A stretch of 48,113 nucleotides of DNA from an uncultured Bacilli bacterium (GCA_947632715.1 CANRQF010000002.1:1-48113), one strand, 5' to 3'; positions 28,930-38,741 are shown, counted from the stretch's first letter. The notes: generated from the letters alone by a model not told the origin. Program-made: numbers and translations.

Positions 28930-29214
28930 ATGGAAATTACAAACGTACGTGTTCACAAAATTGAAAAGGAAGGGTCAAGACTTAGAGGTTATGCAACAGT
29001 AACTATTGACAACTGCTTTGTAGTAAGCAATATAAGAATAATAGAAGGAGAAAACAGATTATTTTGCGCTATGCCTAGTCGTAAAGTAAATGATGAAAAA
29101 TTTGAAGATATCGTTCATCCAACAAATAGTGAAACTAGAGAAATGTTCGAATCTAAAATTTTAGAAGAATATAATAATCCAACAAATGTTGAAAAACCAC
29201 AAGAAGAAGAATAA
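28930..29214 (+). CDS. spoVG: septation/sporulation regulator SpoVG
   Basis: MEITNVRVHKIEKEGSRLRGYATVTIDNCFVVSNIRIIEGENRLFCAMPSRK is a typical SpoVG. The ATG at 28930 follows TAAGGAG. The ORF-track start (GTG 28921) is probably too early. Confidence 0.9.
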   Translation: MEITNVRVHKIEKEGSRLRGYATVTIDNCFVVSNIRIIEGENRLFCAMPSRKVNDEKFEDIVHPTNSETREMFESKILEEYNNPTNVEKPQEEE

Positions 29215-29216
29215 TT

Positions 29217-29253
29217 AAAAAAAACTGTAATGAATAATCATTACAGTTTTTTT
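29217..29253 (+). terminator. rho-independent terminator after spoVG
   Basis: An A-run, then the 9-bp stem CTGTAATGA (29225-29233) / TCATTACAG (29238-29246), then T7. Confidence 0.75.
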
Positions 29254-29335
29254 ACATGCAATTTACAAATTCTTAGAAAAAATATACATTACTAAGTATT
29301 TATTTGGTAAAATATTTATAGAATGAAGGTGTTTT

Positions 29336-29845
29336 ATGGGAATGTTAGATAGGCCAAGACATGGATGGGAAGGCATTAGTAATGGCGGAGAAATATATGG
29401 TAATTCAGGAAGTAAAATGCATGGGTCTGATAATACTTTAGAGATAATGTATAGACAAGCTAAAGAAATGGATAAACTAAATAAACAAGTGGAAGAAAAT
29501 TTAAGATTAATAGATCCAAATTATGGTCTTTTACAAGATGGTCTTTCATTAGTAGATGAAGTTAAACAAAAATTAGAAAGGTTTAGAGAATATTTATCAT
29601 TAGAGATAATAATTTCTGAAAATGAGGATATAACCGATTATTTAAAAACATACAAAGGTTTAGAACCTAATATTGAAAAATTAAACAGAATTAAAAATCA
29701 TTTATTAAAACTTTATGATTCAGAAAAATATAGTGAATTAGAAGAATTTGTATCTTCCATTAAAGAAGCATTACCTCAAATTTTAGAGATGAATTTTCCT
29801 AATGAAACATTAGGCAAATTAGAAGAAAGCAATATCCATAGATAA
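29336..29845 (+). CDS. hypothetical protein (predicted helical/coiled)
   Basis: A 169-aa ORF with GAAGGTG upstream. No motif recognised. It sits between spoVG and yabP. Confidence 0.45.
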   Translation: MGMLDRPRHGWEGISNGGEIYGNSGSKMHGSDNTLEIMYRQAKEMDKLNKQVEENLRLIDPNYGLLQDGLSLVDEVKQKLERFREYLSLEIIISENEDITDYLKTYKGLEPNIEKLNRIKNHLLKLYDSEKYSELEEFVSSIKEALPQILEMNFPNETLGKLEESNIHR

Positions 29846-29866
29846 CTAAATTGGTTATCTTTTTTT
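29840..29866 (+). terminator. rho-independent terminator overlapping the stop of ORF 29336-29845
   Basis: Stem AGATAAC (29840-29846) / GTTATCT (29854-29860), then T6. Confidence 0.55.
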
Positions 29867-29899
29867 ATCTGTTTTCATATGCTTTATTAGGAGGACTAT

Positions 29900-30190
29900 A
29901 TGGAAAGTATAATGGATACAACTAGTTATGGTAGTCATGAAATAAAGATAACTGATAGAAGTATAATAAGTTTAAGTGGTATAAATAAGATTAGTAGTTT
30001 TGATGATCAAGAATTTTTGATGGAAAGTACAATGGGAGTAATTCTTCTTAAAGGTGAAGGGTTAGAAATAATTAAACTTGATACACATGATGGTAATGTA
30101 AAAATAAAAGGAAAACTTATTAGTTTAGCATATATCGAAAATTTAAAGAAAAATAAAGAAGAAAGTCTACTTTCTAAATTATTTAAGTAA
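29900..30190 (+). CDS. yabP: sporulation protein YabP
   Basis: HEIKITDRSIISLSGINKISSFDDQEFLMESTMGVILLKGEGLEI is a YabP-family pattern. AGGAGG RBS. The yabP-yabQ-divIC order is preserved. Confidence 0.8.
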   Translation: MESIMDTTSYGSHEIKITDRSIISLSGINKISSFDDQEFLMESTMGVILLKGEGLEIIKLDTHDGNVKIKGKLISLAYIENLKKNKEESLLSKLFK

Positions 30191-30492
30191 TGAATAATAT
30201 TATTCAACTAATATCTATTTTTATATCCTTTTTTTATGGTATTATCTTTTACTTATTAACTAATTTATTATTTTACTTAATTGAAAAAAATAAAAGAATA
30301 GTAAAACATTTAATTACTTTTATTTATGTTATAGATATGGCAATTATATATATGATTATTTTATATAATATTAATAAAGGTTATTTTCATATTTATTTTA
30401 TATTTATGGTTTTTTTAGGGTTTATAATAGGAAGTTTTTTATATAGAAAATATTTAAGTAAAATACATGTAAAGCAATTATTTAAACATTGA
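30190..30492 (+). CDS. yabQ: spore cortex biosynthesis protein YabQ (small polytopic membrane protein)
   Basis: A 100-aa protein with about three TM segments. It shares a TAATG overlap with yabP and lies between yabP and divIC. Confidence 0.6.
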   Translation: MNNIIQLISIFISFFYGIIFYLLTNLLFYLIEKNKRIVKHLITFIYVIDMAIIYMIILYNINKGYFHIYFIFMVFLGFIIGSFLYRKYLSKIHVKQLFKH

Positions 30493-30548
30493 AAATAGTA
30501 GATGGTTATGTTACATTTAAGTTAGGTATTAAAAAAGGGAAGATATTC

Positions 30549-30839
30549 ATGCGTACTAAAAAGACAAAAAAGGAGAGAAAAAGAATTTTTTTAATTACTG
30601 TAACAATAATGGGATTATTGACTTTTTTAGTTGGAAGCGTATATAAAGATTGGCAACAAATACTTATTAATCGAAAAGAAGAACAAAAATTAAATCAAAA
30701 ATATGAAATGCTACTAGATGAAGAAGAAAAATTAAATGCTGAGATTGCTAAATTAGGTGATGATAGTTATTTAGCAAGATATGCCAAAGAAAAATATATG
30801 TTATCTAGTGATGGAGATACAATTATAAAGATGAAATAA
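30549..30839 (+). CDS. divIC: septum formation initiator (DivIC/FtsB family)
   Basis: A basic N-terminus, one TM segment (IFLITVTIMGLLTFLVGSV), a coiled coil, and C-terminal YLARYAKEKYML. The ATG at 30549 after AAGGGA is preferred over the TTG at 30489. Confidence 0.65.
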   Translation: MRTKKTKKERKRIFLITVTIMGLLTFLVGSVYKDWQQILINRKEEQKLNQKYEMLLDEEEKLNAEIAKLGDDSYLARYAKEKYMLSSDGDTIIKMK

Positions 30840-30876
30840 AAAACTTAATTAATTTAAAATTTAATTAAGTTTTTTT
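30838..30876. terminator. bidirectional terminator between divIC and clpP
   Basis: Stem ACTTAATTAA (30843-30852) / TTAATTAAGT (30861-30870), flanked by an A-run and a T-run. Confidence 0.6.
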
Positions 30877-31453
30877 ATATTATCATATCTATTAAACCAT
30901 ATTTTAAAGCATCTTCAGGATCCATAAAATTATCTCTTTCAGTATCTTTTTCAATAGTTTTGATATTCTTATTAGTAACATTTGCTAAAATATGATTAAG
31001 TTTATTCTTAATTTTTATTATTCTTTCCGCAGCAATTTTAATATCAGTAGCTTGACCTTGTGTTCCCCCAAGGGGTTGATGTATCATTATTTCCGAATTA
31101 GGTAAACTACATCTTTTACCAATTGTTCCATTAGCAAGAAGAAAGGCTCCCATACTTGCAGCAAGACCTATACATATTGTTCTTACATCACTTTTAATAT
31201 AGTTCATGGTATCGTATATAGCCATTCCACTTGTTATACTACCACCAGGTGAATTAATATATAAATATATTTCGTTATGGTTTAAACTATCAAGATATAA
31301 TAATTCTGATACGACTACACTAGCTAAGTTATCAGTTATTTCGCCATTTATAAATACTATTCGATCATTTAAAAGTCGTGAATATAAATCAAAGGCATAT
31401 TCTTTATTGTTATGCTTTTCTAGTACTGTTGGTATAATATTCAAATTTATCAC
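30875..31453 (-). CDS. clpP: ATP-dependent Clp protease proteolytic subunit
   Basis: YINSPGGS, active-site Ser context [11 protein letters not shown], His context IMIHQPLGG, 192 aa. Confidence 0.95.
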   Translation of the reverse strand: MINLNIIPTVLEKHNNKEYAFDLYSRLLNDRIVFINGEITDNLASVVVSELLYLDSLNHNEIYLYINSPGGSITSGMAIYDTMNYIKSDVRTICIGLAASMGAFLLANGTIGKRCSLPNSEIMIHQPLGGTQGQATDIKIAAERIIKIKNKLNHILANVTNKNIKTIEKDTERDNFMDPEDALKYGLIDMII

Positions 31454-31550
31454 CTATAAATATAATATAAAAAAAGTATAAATTTTATTCAAAAAATTTT
31501 AATATTATGATACAATAATAAGTAGTAAATTAAAGGTAGAGGGTTGACAT

Positions 31551-33197
31551 ATGGATTATATTACAATTACTATTCCAAATGGAGAAAAAAAAGAATTTAA
31601 AAAAAATACAACTTACTATGAAATAAGTAAGAGTTTTAATTGTGGTAAAGAAATATTAGGAGTTAAGATCAATAATGAATTTATACCTTTAAATAGAAAA
31701 GCAACAACAGATGCAGTTGTCAAATTTGTTGGTTTAGATGATGTAACAGGTAATAAAGTATATAAGAGTGGATTAAAATTTATTTTTGAAGTAGCTTTAA
31801 AAGAAGTGTTTCCTAACTTAGAAATATATTATCTTCATAGTGTACCTAAAGGCTTTTTAGGTGAAATAGTTGGGGATGTAAATATAACACCAGAGGATTT
31901 AAAAAAAATTAGAGATGTAATGGATGAAATAATTAAAGAAGATATTCCTATTCAAAAACTAACTGTTAAAAAGAAAGAAGCTATAGAATTTTATGAAAAA
32001 AGGAATGCTGAAGAAAAAGCATTAAATATTCAGAATATATCAGATATTGTTGTAAGTTTATATCATTTGAAAGGTAGATATAATTATTTTTATTCAGATA
32101 TGCCATATTCAACTGGTAGTATTACAGAGTATGATATTGTTTTTTTAGGAAGAAATAGAATTGTCTTTGTATTTCCTAGTAAAGAAAGTGATGGATTACT
32201 TCCGGAATATGTCCATTATGATAATATTATTAATTCATTTTTAGTTGGAAGAGAATGGTTAAAATCTTTAAATATGGAGTATGTTACTAGTATTAATAAA
32301 ACTGTTGGATCAGGAAAAATAAAAGAATTTATTAAATCTTGTGAATTAGTATTTAATTTAAATATTTCCAAAGTAGTAGATGAGATAACTAGTAATAGAA
32401 ATATAAAATTTATTTTAATCGCTGGTCCATCTTCTAGTGGTAAAACTACAACTACTAAAAGAATGTCACAATATTTAGTAGCAAAAGGATATGAACCAAT
32501 ATGTTTATCTATTGATGATTTCTTTATAGATAGAGAATTTAATCCAAGAGATGAATTTGGTAATTATGATTTTGAAAGTTTAAAAGCTATAGATATTGAA
32601 TTATTTAATAATGTTTTACAAGATTTATTAAATGGTAAAAAAGCTAATATACCAAGTTATAATTTTGTTACTGGTAAAAAAGAATATAATGATAATTATA
32701 AAGAATTAAAAGATAATAGTATTATATTAATTGAAGGATTACATGCTTTAAATGATGAATTATTACCATCAATTGATAATAAATTAAAATATAAAATTTA
32801 TTTAAGTCCATTTATTCCACTTAATATAGATAAACATAATTATATATCGACAATAGATTTAAGACTTATTAGAAGAATAATTAGAGATAACATGACAAGA
32901 AATATCTCTGTTAATGAAACAATAGATTTGTGGCAAAGTGTAAGAAAAGGAGAAGAAAAGTATATATTTCCATTTATACATCAAGCTGACACAATTATTA
33001 ATACGGCATTGCCATATGAACTTGGTGTAGAAAAAGTATATATAGAACCACTTTTATATAGTGTTAGTGTAGAAAGTGATTATTATGAAGAAGCAAGAAG
33101 ATTATTAAGCTTTTTAAAAATATTTTATTCGATTACAAGTGAGTATGTTAATAAAGATTCGATACTTAGAGAATTTATAGGAGGAAATGATGATTAG
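31551..33197 (+). CDS. uridine-kinase-family nucleoside kinase with N-terminal TGS/ThrRS-like domains
   Basis: A TGS-like N-terminus (ITITIPNGEKKEF) and P-loop IAGPSSSGKTTT in the C-terminal half. This 548-aa architecture is common in clostridia-like genomes. Confidence 0.75.
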   Translation: MDYITITIPNGEKKEFKKNTTYYEISKSFNCGKEILGVKINNEFIPLNRKATTDAVVKFVGLDDVTGNKVYKSGLKFIFEVALKEVFPNLEIYYLHSVPKGFLGEIVGDVNITPEDLKKIRDVMDEIIKEDIPIQKLTVKKKEAIEFYEKRNAEEKALNIQNISDIVVSLYHLKGRYNYFYSDMPYSTGSITEYDIVFLGRNRIVFVFPSKESDGLLPEYVHYDNIINSFLVGREWLKSLNMEYVTSINKTVGSGKIKEFIKSCELVFNLNISKVVDEITSNRNIKFILIAGPSSSGKTTTTKRMSQYLVAKGYEPICLSIDDFFIDREFNPRDEFGNYDFESLKAIDIELFNNVLQDLLNGKKANIPSYNFVTGKKEYNDNYKELKDNSIILIEGLHALNDELLPSIDNKLKYKIYLSPFIPLNIDKHNYISTIDLRLIRRIIRDNMTRNISVNETIDLWQSVRKGEEKYIFPFIHQADTIINTALPYELGVEKVYIEPLLYSVSVESDYYEEARRLLSFLKIFYSITSEYVNKDSILREFIGGNDD

Positions 33198-34194
33198 AGT
33201 AGCGATTAATGGTTTTGGAAGAATTGGAAGAGTAGCATTTAGAGAAATGATTACGGGAGTTGATTTTGATATTGTAGCAATAAATGATACTTCAAATGCT
33301 GAAGAATTATGTCATTTATTAAAATATGATACTGTTCATAGATCATTTCATGAAGATGAAATTACTTTTGAAGGAAATGAACTTATAATTAAAGGACAAA
33401 AAAGAATTAAAGTATTTGCTGATAGAGATCCTTTAAATTTACCATGGAAAGATTTAAATATTGATTTAGTTTTAGAATGTACTGGTGCTTTTACAGATTA
33501 TCAAGGTGCTCATAAACACATTCAAGCTGGTGCTAAAAAAGTTTTAATTTCTGCTCCAGGTAAAGGTGATATGAAAACTGTTGTTTATAATGTTAATGAT
33601 AGTATATTAGATGGTAGTGAACAAATAGTATCTGCGGCATCTTGTACAACAAATTGTCTTGCTCCAGTGCTAAAGGCTTTAGAGGATGCTTATGGTATAG
33701 AAAAAGGTTTTATGAGTACAATTCATGCCTTCACTAATGATCAAGTAACTTTGGATGTAACTCATAAAAAAGGAATATATGCAAGAAGAGGTAGAAGTGC
33801 TAGTCAAAATATAATTCCAGCATCAACTGGTGCAGCATCTGCAATTGGTCTTGTTATACCATCTTTACAAGGTAAAATGGATGGTGGAGCTTATCGTGTA
33901 CCTGTTTGTGATGGTTCACTTATTGATGTAACTCTAGAATTAAAGAGTAGTCCTACAAAAGAAGAAGTAAATAATTTATTTAAAAATAAACAAAGTGAAA
34001 CATTAAAATATACTGAAGATCCAATTGTATCTAGTGATATAATTGGTAAAAAATATGGTGCCTTAGTAGATGGTCTTCTTACAAATGTAGTGGAAGTTAA
34101 TGGTAAAAAATTATATAAAGTAGTAGCATGGTATGATAACGAAATGGGTTATACTGCGCAAATGCTAAGAACTGCTAAAGCAATGTTCAAATAA
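33187..34194 (+). CDS. gap: type I glyceraldehyde-3-phosphate dehydrogenase
   Basis: INGFGRIGR Rossmann motif, catalytic ASCTTNCLAP, WYDNEMGY. Confidence 0.95.
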   Translation: MMIRVAINGFGRIGRVAFREMITGVDFDIVAINDTSNAEELCHLLKYDTVHRSFHEDEITFEGNELIIKGQKRIKVFADRDPLNLPWKDLNIDLVLECTGAFTDYQGAHKHIQAGAKKVLISAPGKGDMKTVVYNVNDSILDGSEQIVSAASCTTNCLAPVLKALEDAYGIEKGFMSTIHAFTNDQVTLDVTHKKGIYARRGRSASQNIIPASTGAASAIGLVIPSLQGKMDGGAYRVPVCDGSLIDVTLELKSSPTKEEVNNLFKNKQSETLKYTEDPIVSSDIIGKKYGALVDGLLTNVVEVNGKKLYKVVAWYDNEMGYTAQMLRTAKAMFK

Positions 34195-34214
34195 AAAAGC
34201 CAGATGGCTTTTTT
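34194..34214. terminator. bidirectional terminator between gap and the convergent membrane-protein gene
   Basis: AAAAGCC / GGCTTTT stem with a 4-nt loop, flanked by A- and T-runs. Confidence 0.6.
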
Positions 34215-34225
34215 ATTTGGTTAAA

Positions 34226-35782
34226 TTATTTATTTACTTCAAATAAATAGATATTATATCTTCTTCCTTCATATTTTTGTTTACTAATATCAATTACTTT
34301 ATAGTTTGTAAATAATAATTTCTCTTGTTCTCTTAATTTTGTTTCATTCCATTTAGTAATATAAACAATATGAGTTGTCTTTTTTTCTTTCACATAACTA
34401 TTTAAGGAATCTTCATTTAAAGGAAAATATTTATAATTAAAATTATGTTTTTGAAAGAAATAAGTAGATGGTACAATATCAGCTGTAGTAAATAAACCCC
34501 AATCTAAGAACCCCATATTAACTAAACTAGCATTTTCATAATTATTTAATATTTTGGCATATTTAAATTGATTATAAGAACTTTTAGGTTTAAATAAATA
34601 ATTTTTATAATTAGCATAATTATATGAATAAAAAACGCTTAATAAGATGGTAAATATCATAATAGATAAATAGAAATATTTATTAATTTTATTTAAAGAT
34701 ATATCAAATAAATTAAATATTAATAATAAAGATATAGAAGAAAATAATAAAATAAATAATATATAATAACGATAGAATTTTAAACCACATAATACTCCTA
34801 AAATAGTCATAATTATTAAAATAATATATAATATTTTAGCTTTATTATTTATATTTAATTTCCATATCAATATAGGTGTTAATATAATTAAATAAAATAT
34901 AATTGGATTAGTATATAAAGATATATAGAAACCATCAAATAATTCTTTAATTCTTTCTAATATATTCATTTTTCCAACTGAGTAAGAAGTAATATTGATG
35001 GTAAAGTAATTATGAAAGAATGCCATAAAACCATGATTAACTAGAAAATAAAAACTAAATAATATAAATGGTATAAACATACCAAATAATAAAGTTAAAG
35101 GATATATAATAGCTTTCTTTAAATCTTTTTTAAATAAATAATCAACAAATATAGAAAAAGTAAAACCAATCCAAAAACCTAATAAAGTATATTTAGTAAG
35201 TAAAACTAAACCTGCTACTATACCATTAATAAGCATTTCTTTAAATGTTAATTCTTGAACTTTAAAATGCCTAAAGAAATAATAAAGGGTTATAAAGAAA
35301 AAAGAAGAGCAAAATTCTTCGGCACTACCACCATGAGTAAAAGCTTTACTTGTCGTAAAAAGTGCTGTAAATATTGGTAATATTAAAAGAGATGATTTAG
35401 TACTTAAAAATAATTTTAAAGTTTTATATAAATAATATAAACCAATAGTAAATATTATAAGTTCAATTAAAAATACGCCAATAAAAGAACGATGAGATAT
35501 TAAATAACCTATACCATATAATAAATATAAGAAAGGACCTTTTTGTTCAAAAATATCTTTATAAGGAACAAGGCCATGCATCATACTTTTACCAACTGTA
35601 AAAAAAGCGTTGGCATCTGCCCAATCATTAAAAGCATAAAAAGGAGAATTCTTAGTAGTAAATAAAAGAATAAATAGGGAAATAAAAAAACAATATAATA
35701 TGATATAAATTTTTGATTTGTTTTTCAAAACACCACACCCTAACGCTAATTTTATTATATATCTGTAACATTTTTTGTGCAA
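34226..35782 (-). CDS. polytopic membrane glycosyltransferase-like protein (GT39/PMT_2-like)
   Basis: At least 10 predicted TM segments. The N-terminal loop NDWADANAFFTVGKSMMHGLVPYKDIFEQKGPFLYLLYG resembles ArnT/PMT-type lipid-linked sugar transferases. This assignment is from memory of the family and has not been searched. Confidence 0.5.
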   Translation of the reverse strand: MHKKCYRYIIKLALGCGVLKNKSKIYIILYCFFISLFILLFTTKNSPFYAFNDWADANAFFTVGKSMMHGLVPYKDIFEQKGPFLYLLYGIGYLISHRSFIGVFLIELIIFTIGLYYLYKTLKLFLSTKSSLLILPIFTALFTTSKAFTHGGSAEEFCSSFFFITLYYFFRHFKVQELTFKEMLINGIVAGLVLLTKYTLLGFWIGFTFSIFVDYLFKKDLKKAIIYPLTLLFGMFIPFILFSFYFLVNHGFMAFFHNYFTINITSYSVGKMNILERIKELFDGFYISLYTNPIIFYLIILTPILIWKLNINNKAKILYIILIIMTILGVLCGLKFYRYYILFILLFSSISLLLIFNLFDISLNKINKYFYLSIMIFTILLSVFYSYNYANYKNYLFKPKSSYNQFKYAKILNNYENASLVNMGFLDWGLFTTADIVPSTYFFQKHNFNYKYFPLNEDSLNSYVKEKKTTHIVYITKWNETKLREQEKLLFTNYKVIDISKQKYEGRRYNIYLFEVNK

Positions 35783-35880
35783 TAAATTATTGCTTGAAAC
35801 GTTTAATTTAAGTCAAATTTAAGGTATTATTAAGATAAATTTATTATTTCATGATATAATCTATTTAGGAGAGTGAATTT

Positions 35881-36336
35881 ATGACTATTTATATTGCTGC
35901 AGATCATTTAGGAGTTGAAACAAAAAAAGAAATTATAAAACATTTAGAAAGCAATGGTATTAAGACAACAGAAATAGGTTTAGAAAATTATGAATTAGAT
36001 CATTATCCTGATTTTGCTTTTAAATTAGGAAGATTAGTAAGAGAAACTAAAGATTCTTTAGGTATACTTATATGTGGTAATGGTGTTGGTATGAGTATTG
36101 CTGCTAATAAAGTAAAAGGAATTAGATGCGTTAAAGCAAATTCAGTAGATGATGCTTTTAAAGGAAAACAACATAATGGATGTAATGTTATAGCAGTAGG
36201 AGCAGATACAAATATTGAACTTATAAAAGAAATAATTGATACATTTATATCTACTAAACCAACAAATATAGATAGATATTTAAAAAGAATAGATAAAATC
36301 ATAAAATATGAAAATGGAGAATATAATGAACTATAA
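35881..36336 (+). CDS. rpiB: ribose-5-phosphate isomerase B (RpiB/LacA/LacB family)
   Basis: IYIAADHLG, LGILICGNGVGMSIAANKVKGIRC, NVIAVGA. Confidence 0.9.
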   Translation: MTIYIAADHLGVETKKEIIKHLESNGIKTTEIGLENYELDHYPDFAFKLGRLVRETKDSLGILICGNGVGMSIAANKVKGIRCVKANSVDDAFKGKQHNGCNVIAVGADTNIELIKEIIDTFISTKPTNIDRYLKRIDKIIKYENGEYNEL

Positions 36337-36511
36337 GATATATTTATATGCTTTCTTTCTATTTATAAGCATATACATGTTATCAGGTATTAATTTTGAA
36401 AAGTTTATGCGAAAAAATAAAGTAATGGAAGCAAGATTATTAATTATGGCTCTTGGCTTTATTTTTTCTTATTTGTTAACTAATTTTGTTGTTGATTTTT
36501 TAAATTTATAA
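36308..36511 (+). CDS. DUF1146-family small membrane protein (YwzB-like)
   Basis: Two TM segments with INFEKFMRKNKVMEARLLIMALGFIFSYLLTNFVVDFL between and across them. This resembles the DUF1146 signature as I recall it. The start is probably the ATG at 36326. Confidence 0.5.
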   Translation: MKMENIMNYKIYLYAFFLFISIYMLSGINFEKFMRKNKVMEARLLIMALGFIFSYLLTNFVVDFLNL

Positions 36512-36520
36512 AGGAGAATA

Positions 36521-37432
36521 ATGTTAAATAGAATATTATTAATTATAGTAGTTATTCTTAGTATCGTTTTAGTAAAAGTAAGTAGTATTTCAAGTACTAC
36601 TTTTTTTAGCACTACCAAAGTAAATGATAAAACTATTGCTGTTAAAGATAGTACTCTTAATAATATTGATGAAATGAATTTAGAAGAATATGTTATTGGT
36701 GTTGTAGCAGGAGAAATGCCAGCATCATTTGAAAGTGAGGCTTTAAAAGCTCAAGCTATCGCTGCCCGTACTTATGCGACATATAAAATTGAAAAAAGTA
36801 ATGGTAACTATGATGTGGTAACAGATGTTTCTAACCAAAAGTATATTACCATAGATGAAATGAAAATAAAGTGGCAAACAGAATTTGATAAGTATTATAA
36901 TAAAGTAAAAGATGCGGTTTTAAAGACAAAAGGTATGATTATGACTTATAATGATGATGTAATTGAAGCTTTCTACTTTGCTATGAGTAATGGTTATACA
37001 GAAGATGCAAGTTTAGTATTTAATGAAGATTTAGACTATTTAGAAAGTGTTGAATCAAAATATGATAATAATAATTTAAATAATTTTGAAGTTGTAACTA
37101 AATTTAGTAAAGAAGAAGTTTGTAATAAATTAAATATATCTTGTGATAATTTAAGTTTTAGTAATATTGAAAGAAGTAATACTAATAGAGTTAATTATAT
37201 AACTGTTAATAATAAAAAAATAAAAGGTACAGAATTTAGAAGTAAACTAGGATTAAGATCAACTGATTTTGATATAAGTATCGATAATAATGTAGTGAGT
37301 ATTACGACAAGGGGTTATGGTCATGGGGTTGGAATGAGCCAATATGGTGCCAATGGTATGGCTAAAGAAGGCAAAAATTATGAAGAAATATTAAAATATT
37401 ATTATAAAAATATAGAAATTAAGACTCTTTAA
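36521..37432 (+). CDS. spoIID: stage II sporulation protein D (SpoIID/LytB lytic transglycosylase)
   Basis: EEYVIGVVAGEMPASFESEALKAQAIAARTYA, YFAMSNGYTED, GYGHGVGMSQYGANGMA. Confidence 0.85.
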   Translation: MLNRILLIIVVILSIVLVKVSSISSTTFFSTTKVNDKTIAVKDSTLNNIDEMNLEEYVIGVVAGEMPASFESEALKAQAIAARTYATYKIEKSNGNYDVVTDVSNQKYITIDEMKIKWQTEFDKYYNKVKDAVLKTKGMIMTYNDDVIEAFYFAMSNGYTEDASLVFNEDLDYLESVESKYDNNNLNNFEVVTKFSKEEVCNKLNISCDNLSFSNIERSNTNRVNYITVNNKKIKGTEFRSKLGLRSTDFDISIDNNVVSITTRGYGHGVGMSQYGANGMAKEGKNYEEILKYYYKNIEIKTL

Positions 37433-37477
37433 GTATAAAGAAAAATTTTTCGTCAATACTTGTAGTAGGACGGTGAA

Positions 37478-38110
37478 TTGATGAAAAAAATGAAGTTGAA
37501 AGGATTTGTATTACCAACCATTTATTTTATTATTACAGTAGGGATTTTTGTTGGGGTTATGCTTTTAGGCCAAGCTTTTAAATTTGAACCAAGTGATTAT
37601 GATTATGGAGTAGGAGCACTTAAAGATGATAGTGTACCAGTTGTTAATGAAGATAATGAAGTAAATCTTAATATATCATCGCCAGTAAGTGCCGATATTA
37701 AACCTAGTATTCATTTTTATGGAAGAGAGGATACCCCAGAAAATCAACAAAATAGTTTAATTTATTATGAAAGTACTTATATTCCAAATACTGGAGTATT
37801 ATATGCAAGTGATACGGAATTTGAAGTAAGAAATGTTTTTGAAGGAAAAGTAACAGAAATAACAGATGATGAATTTTTTGGTAAATGTATTGTTATTGAA
37901 CATAGTCCTAATTTAAGAACATATTATTATGGTGTTAAAGATATTGAAGTAAATATTGGTGATGAATTAACAACTAATGCTGTTTTAGGAGTATCTAATA
38001 ATAATACTATTATGAATGATAAACAAACATTATTATTTGAAACTTATTATAATAATAAATTAATTAATCCAGAAACATTTATTGGTAGTAAAATAACTGA
38101 TTATAAATAA
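37478..38110 (+). CDS. degenerate LytM/M23-domain membrane protein (SpoIIQ-like)
   Basis: An N-terminal TM segment. The LytM core GKVTEI...GKCIVIEHSPNLRTYYYGV...GDELTTNAVLG is present. The metal ligands look lost: NTGVL stands where HxxxD is expected and LLFE where HxH is expected. It is adjacent to spoIID. Confidence 0.55.
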   Translation: MMKKMKLKGFVLPTIYFIITVGIFVGVMLLGQAFKFEPSDYDYGVGALKDDSVPVVNEDNEVNLNISSPVSADIKPSIHFYGREDTPENQQNSLIYYESTYIPNTGVLYASDTEFEVRNVFEGKVTEITDDEFFGKCIVIEHSPNLRTYYYGVKDIEVNIGDELTTNAVLGVSNNNTIMNDKQTLLFETYYNNKLINPETFIGSKITDYK

Positions 38111-38111
38111 G

Positions 38112-38136
38112 ATAATCCCCTTAAGGGATTATTTTT
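38112..38136 (+). terminator. rho-independent terminator
   Basis: Stem ATAATCCC (38112-38119) / GGGATTAT (38125-38132), then TTTT. Confidence 0.65.
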
Positions 38137-38150
38137 AAAAGGGAGATATA

Positions 38151-38741
38151 ATGGAAAATATTTTGTATTTAGATGATTATATAAATTTATATAATATAGA
38201 TTGTAATAAAATAATAGTATATAAACCATATAAAAATAGTTTAAATAAAGGAAGAATAATTAATAAAGATAAATTTATTAAAATATATAATAAGATGTTA
38301 AAAGAATATAATTTAAATAATAAAATATTTGGAAGTAATATTAGAGTAATTTTAAATAAAAATATTTATGAAGAAGATAAAAATATATTAATAAATGTTT
38401 TAGAAAATTTAAATTATAAAAATATAGTATTTACTAAAGAAGATAAATATTTAAAGATAAGTAAGAATGACTTATATATAATTTATAACTATACTTATTT
38501 TTATATATATTATATGGATAATTTAGGTAATATTAAAACAGTTATGTATGAATTAAATGATAATATAAAATTATTTTTAAGTAATATATTAGAGTCTTAT
38601 CAAAAAAAGAATATTTATATATATGGTAAAAATTATCAAGAATTAAAAAATATTTTAGATAAAGAAAAAATAGATTATTATTATTTCTATGATAGTGATA
38701 ATTTAATAATAAAAATAATATTAAATGATAAATTTGTGTAA
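38151..38741 (+). CDS. hypothetical protein (N/K/Y-rich)
   Basis: A 196-aa ORF with GGGAG upstream. Composition is extremely AT-rich and no motif was recognised. Confidence 0.4.
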   Translation: MENILYLDDYINLYNIDCNKIIVYKPYKNSLNKGRIINKDKFIKIYNKMLKEYNLNNKIFGSNIRVILNKNIYEEDKNILINVLENLNYKNIVFTKEDKYLKISKNDLYIIYNYTYFYIYYMDNLGNIKTVMYELNDNIKLFLSNILESYQKKNIYIYGKNYQELKNILDKEKIDYYYFYDSDNLIIKIILNDKFV

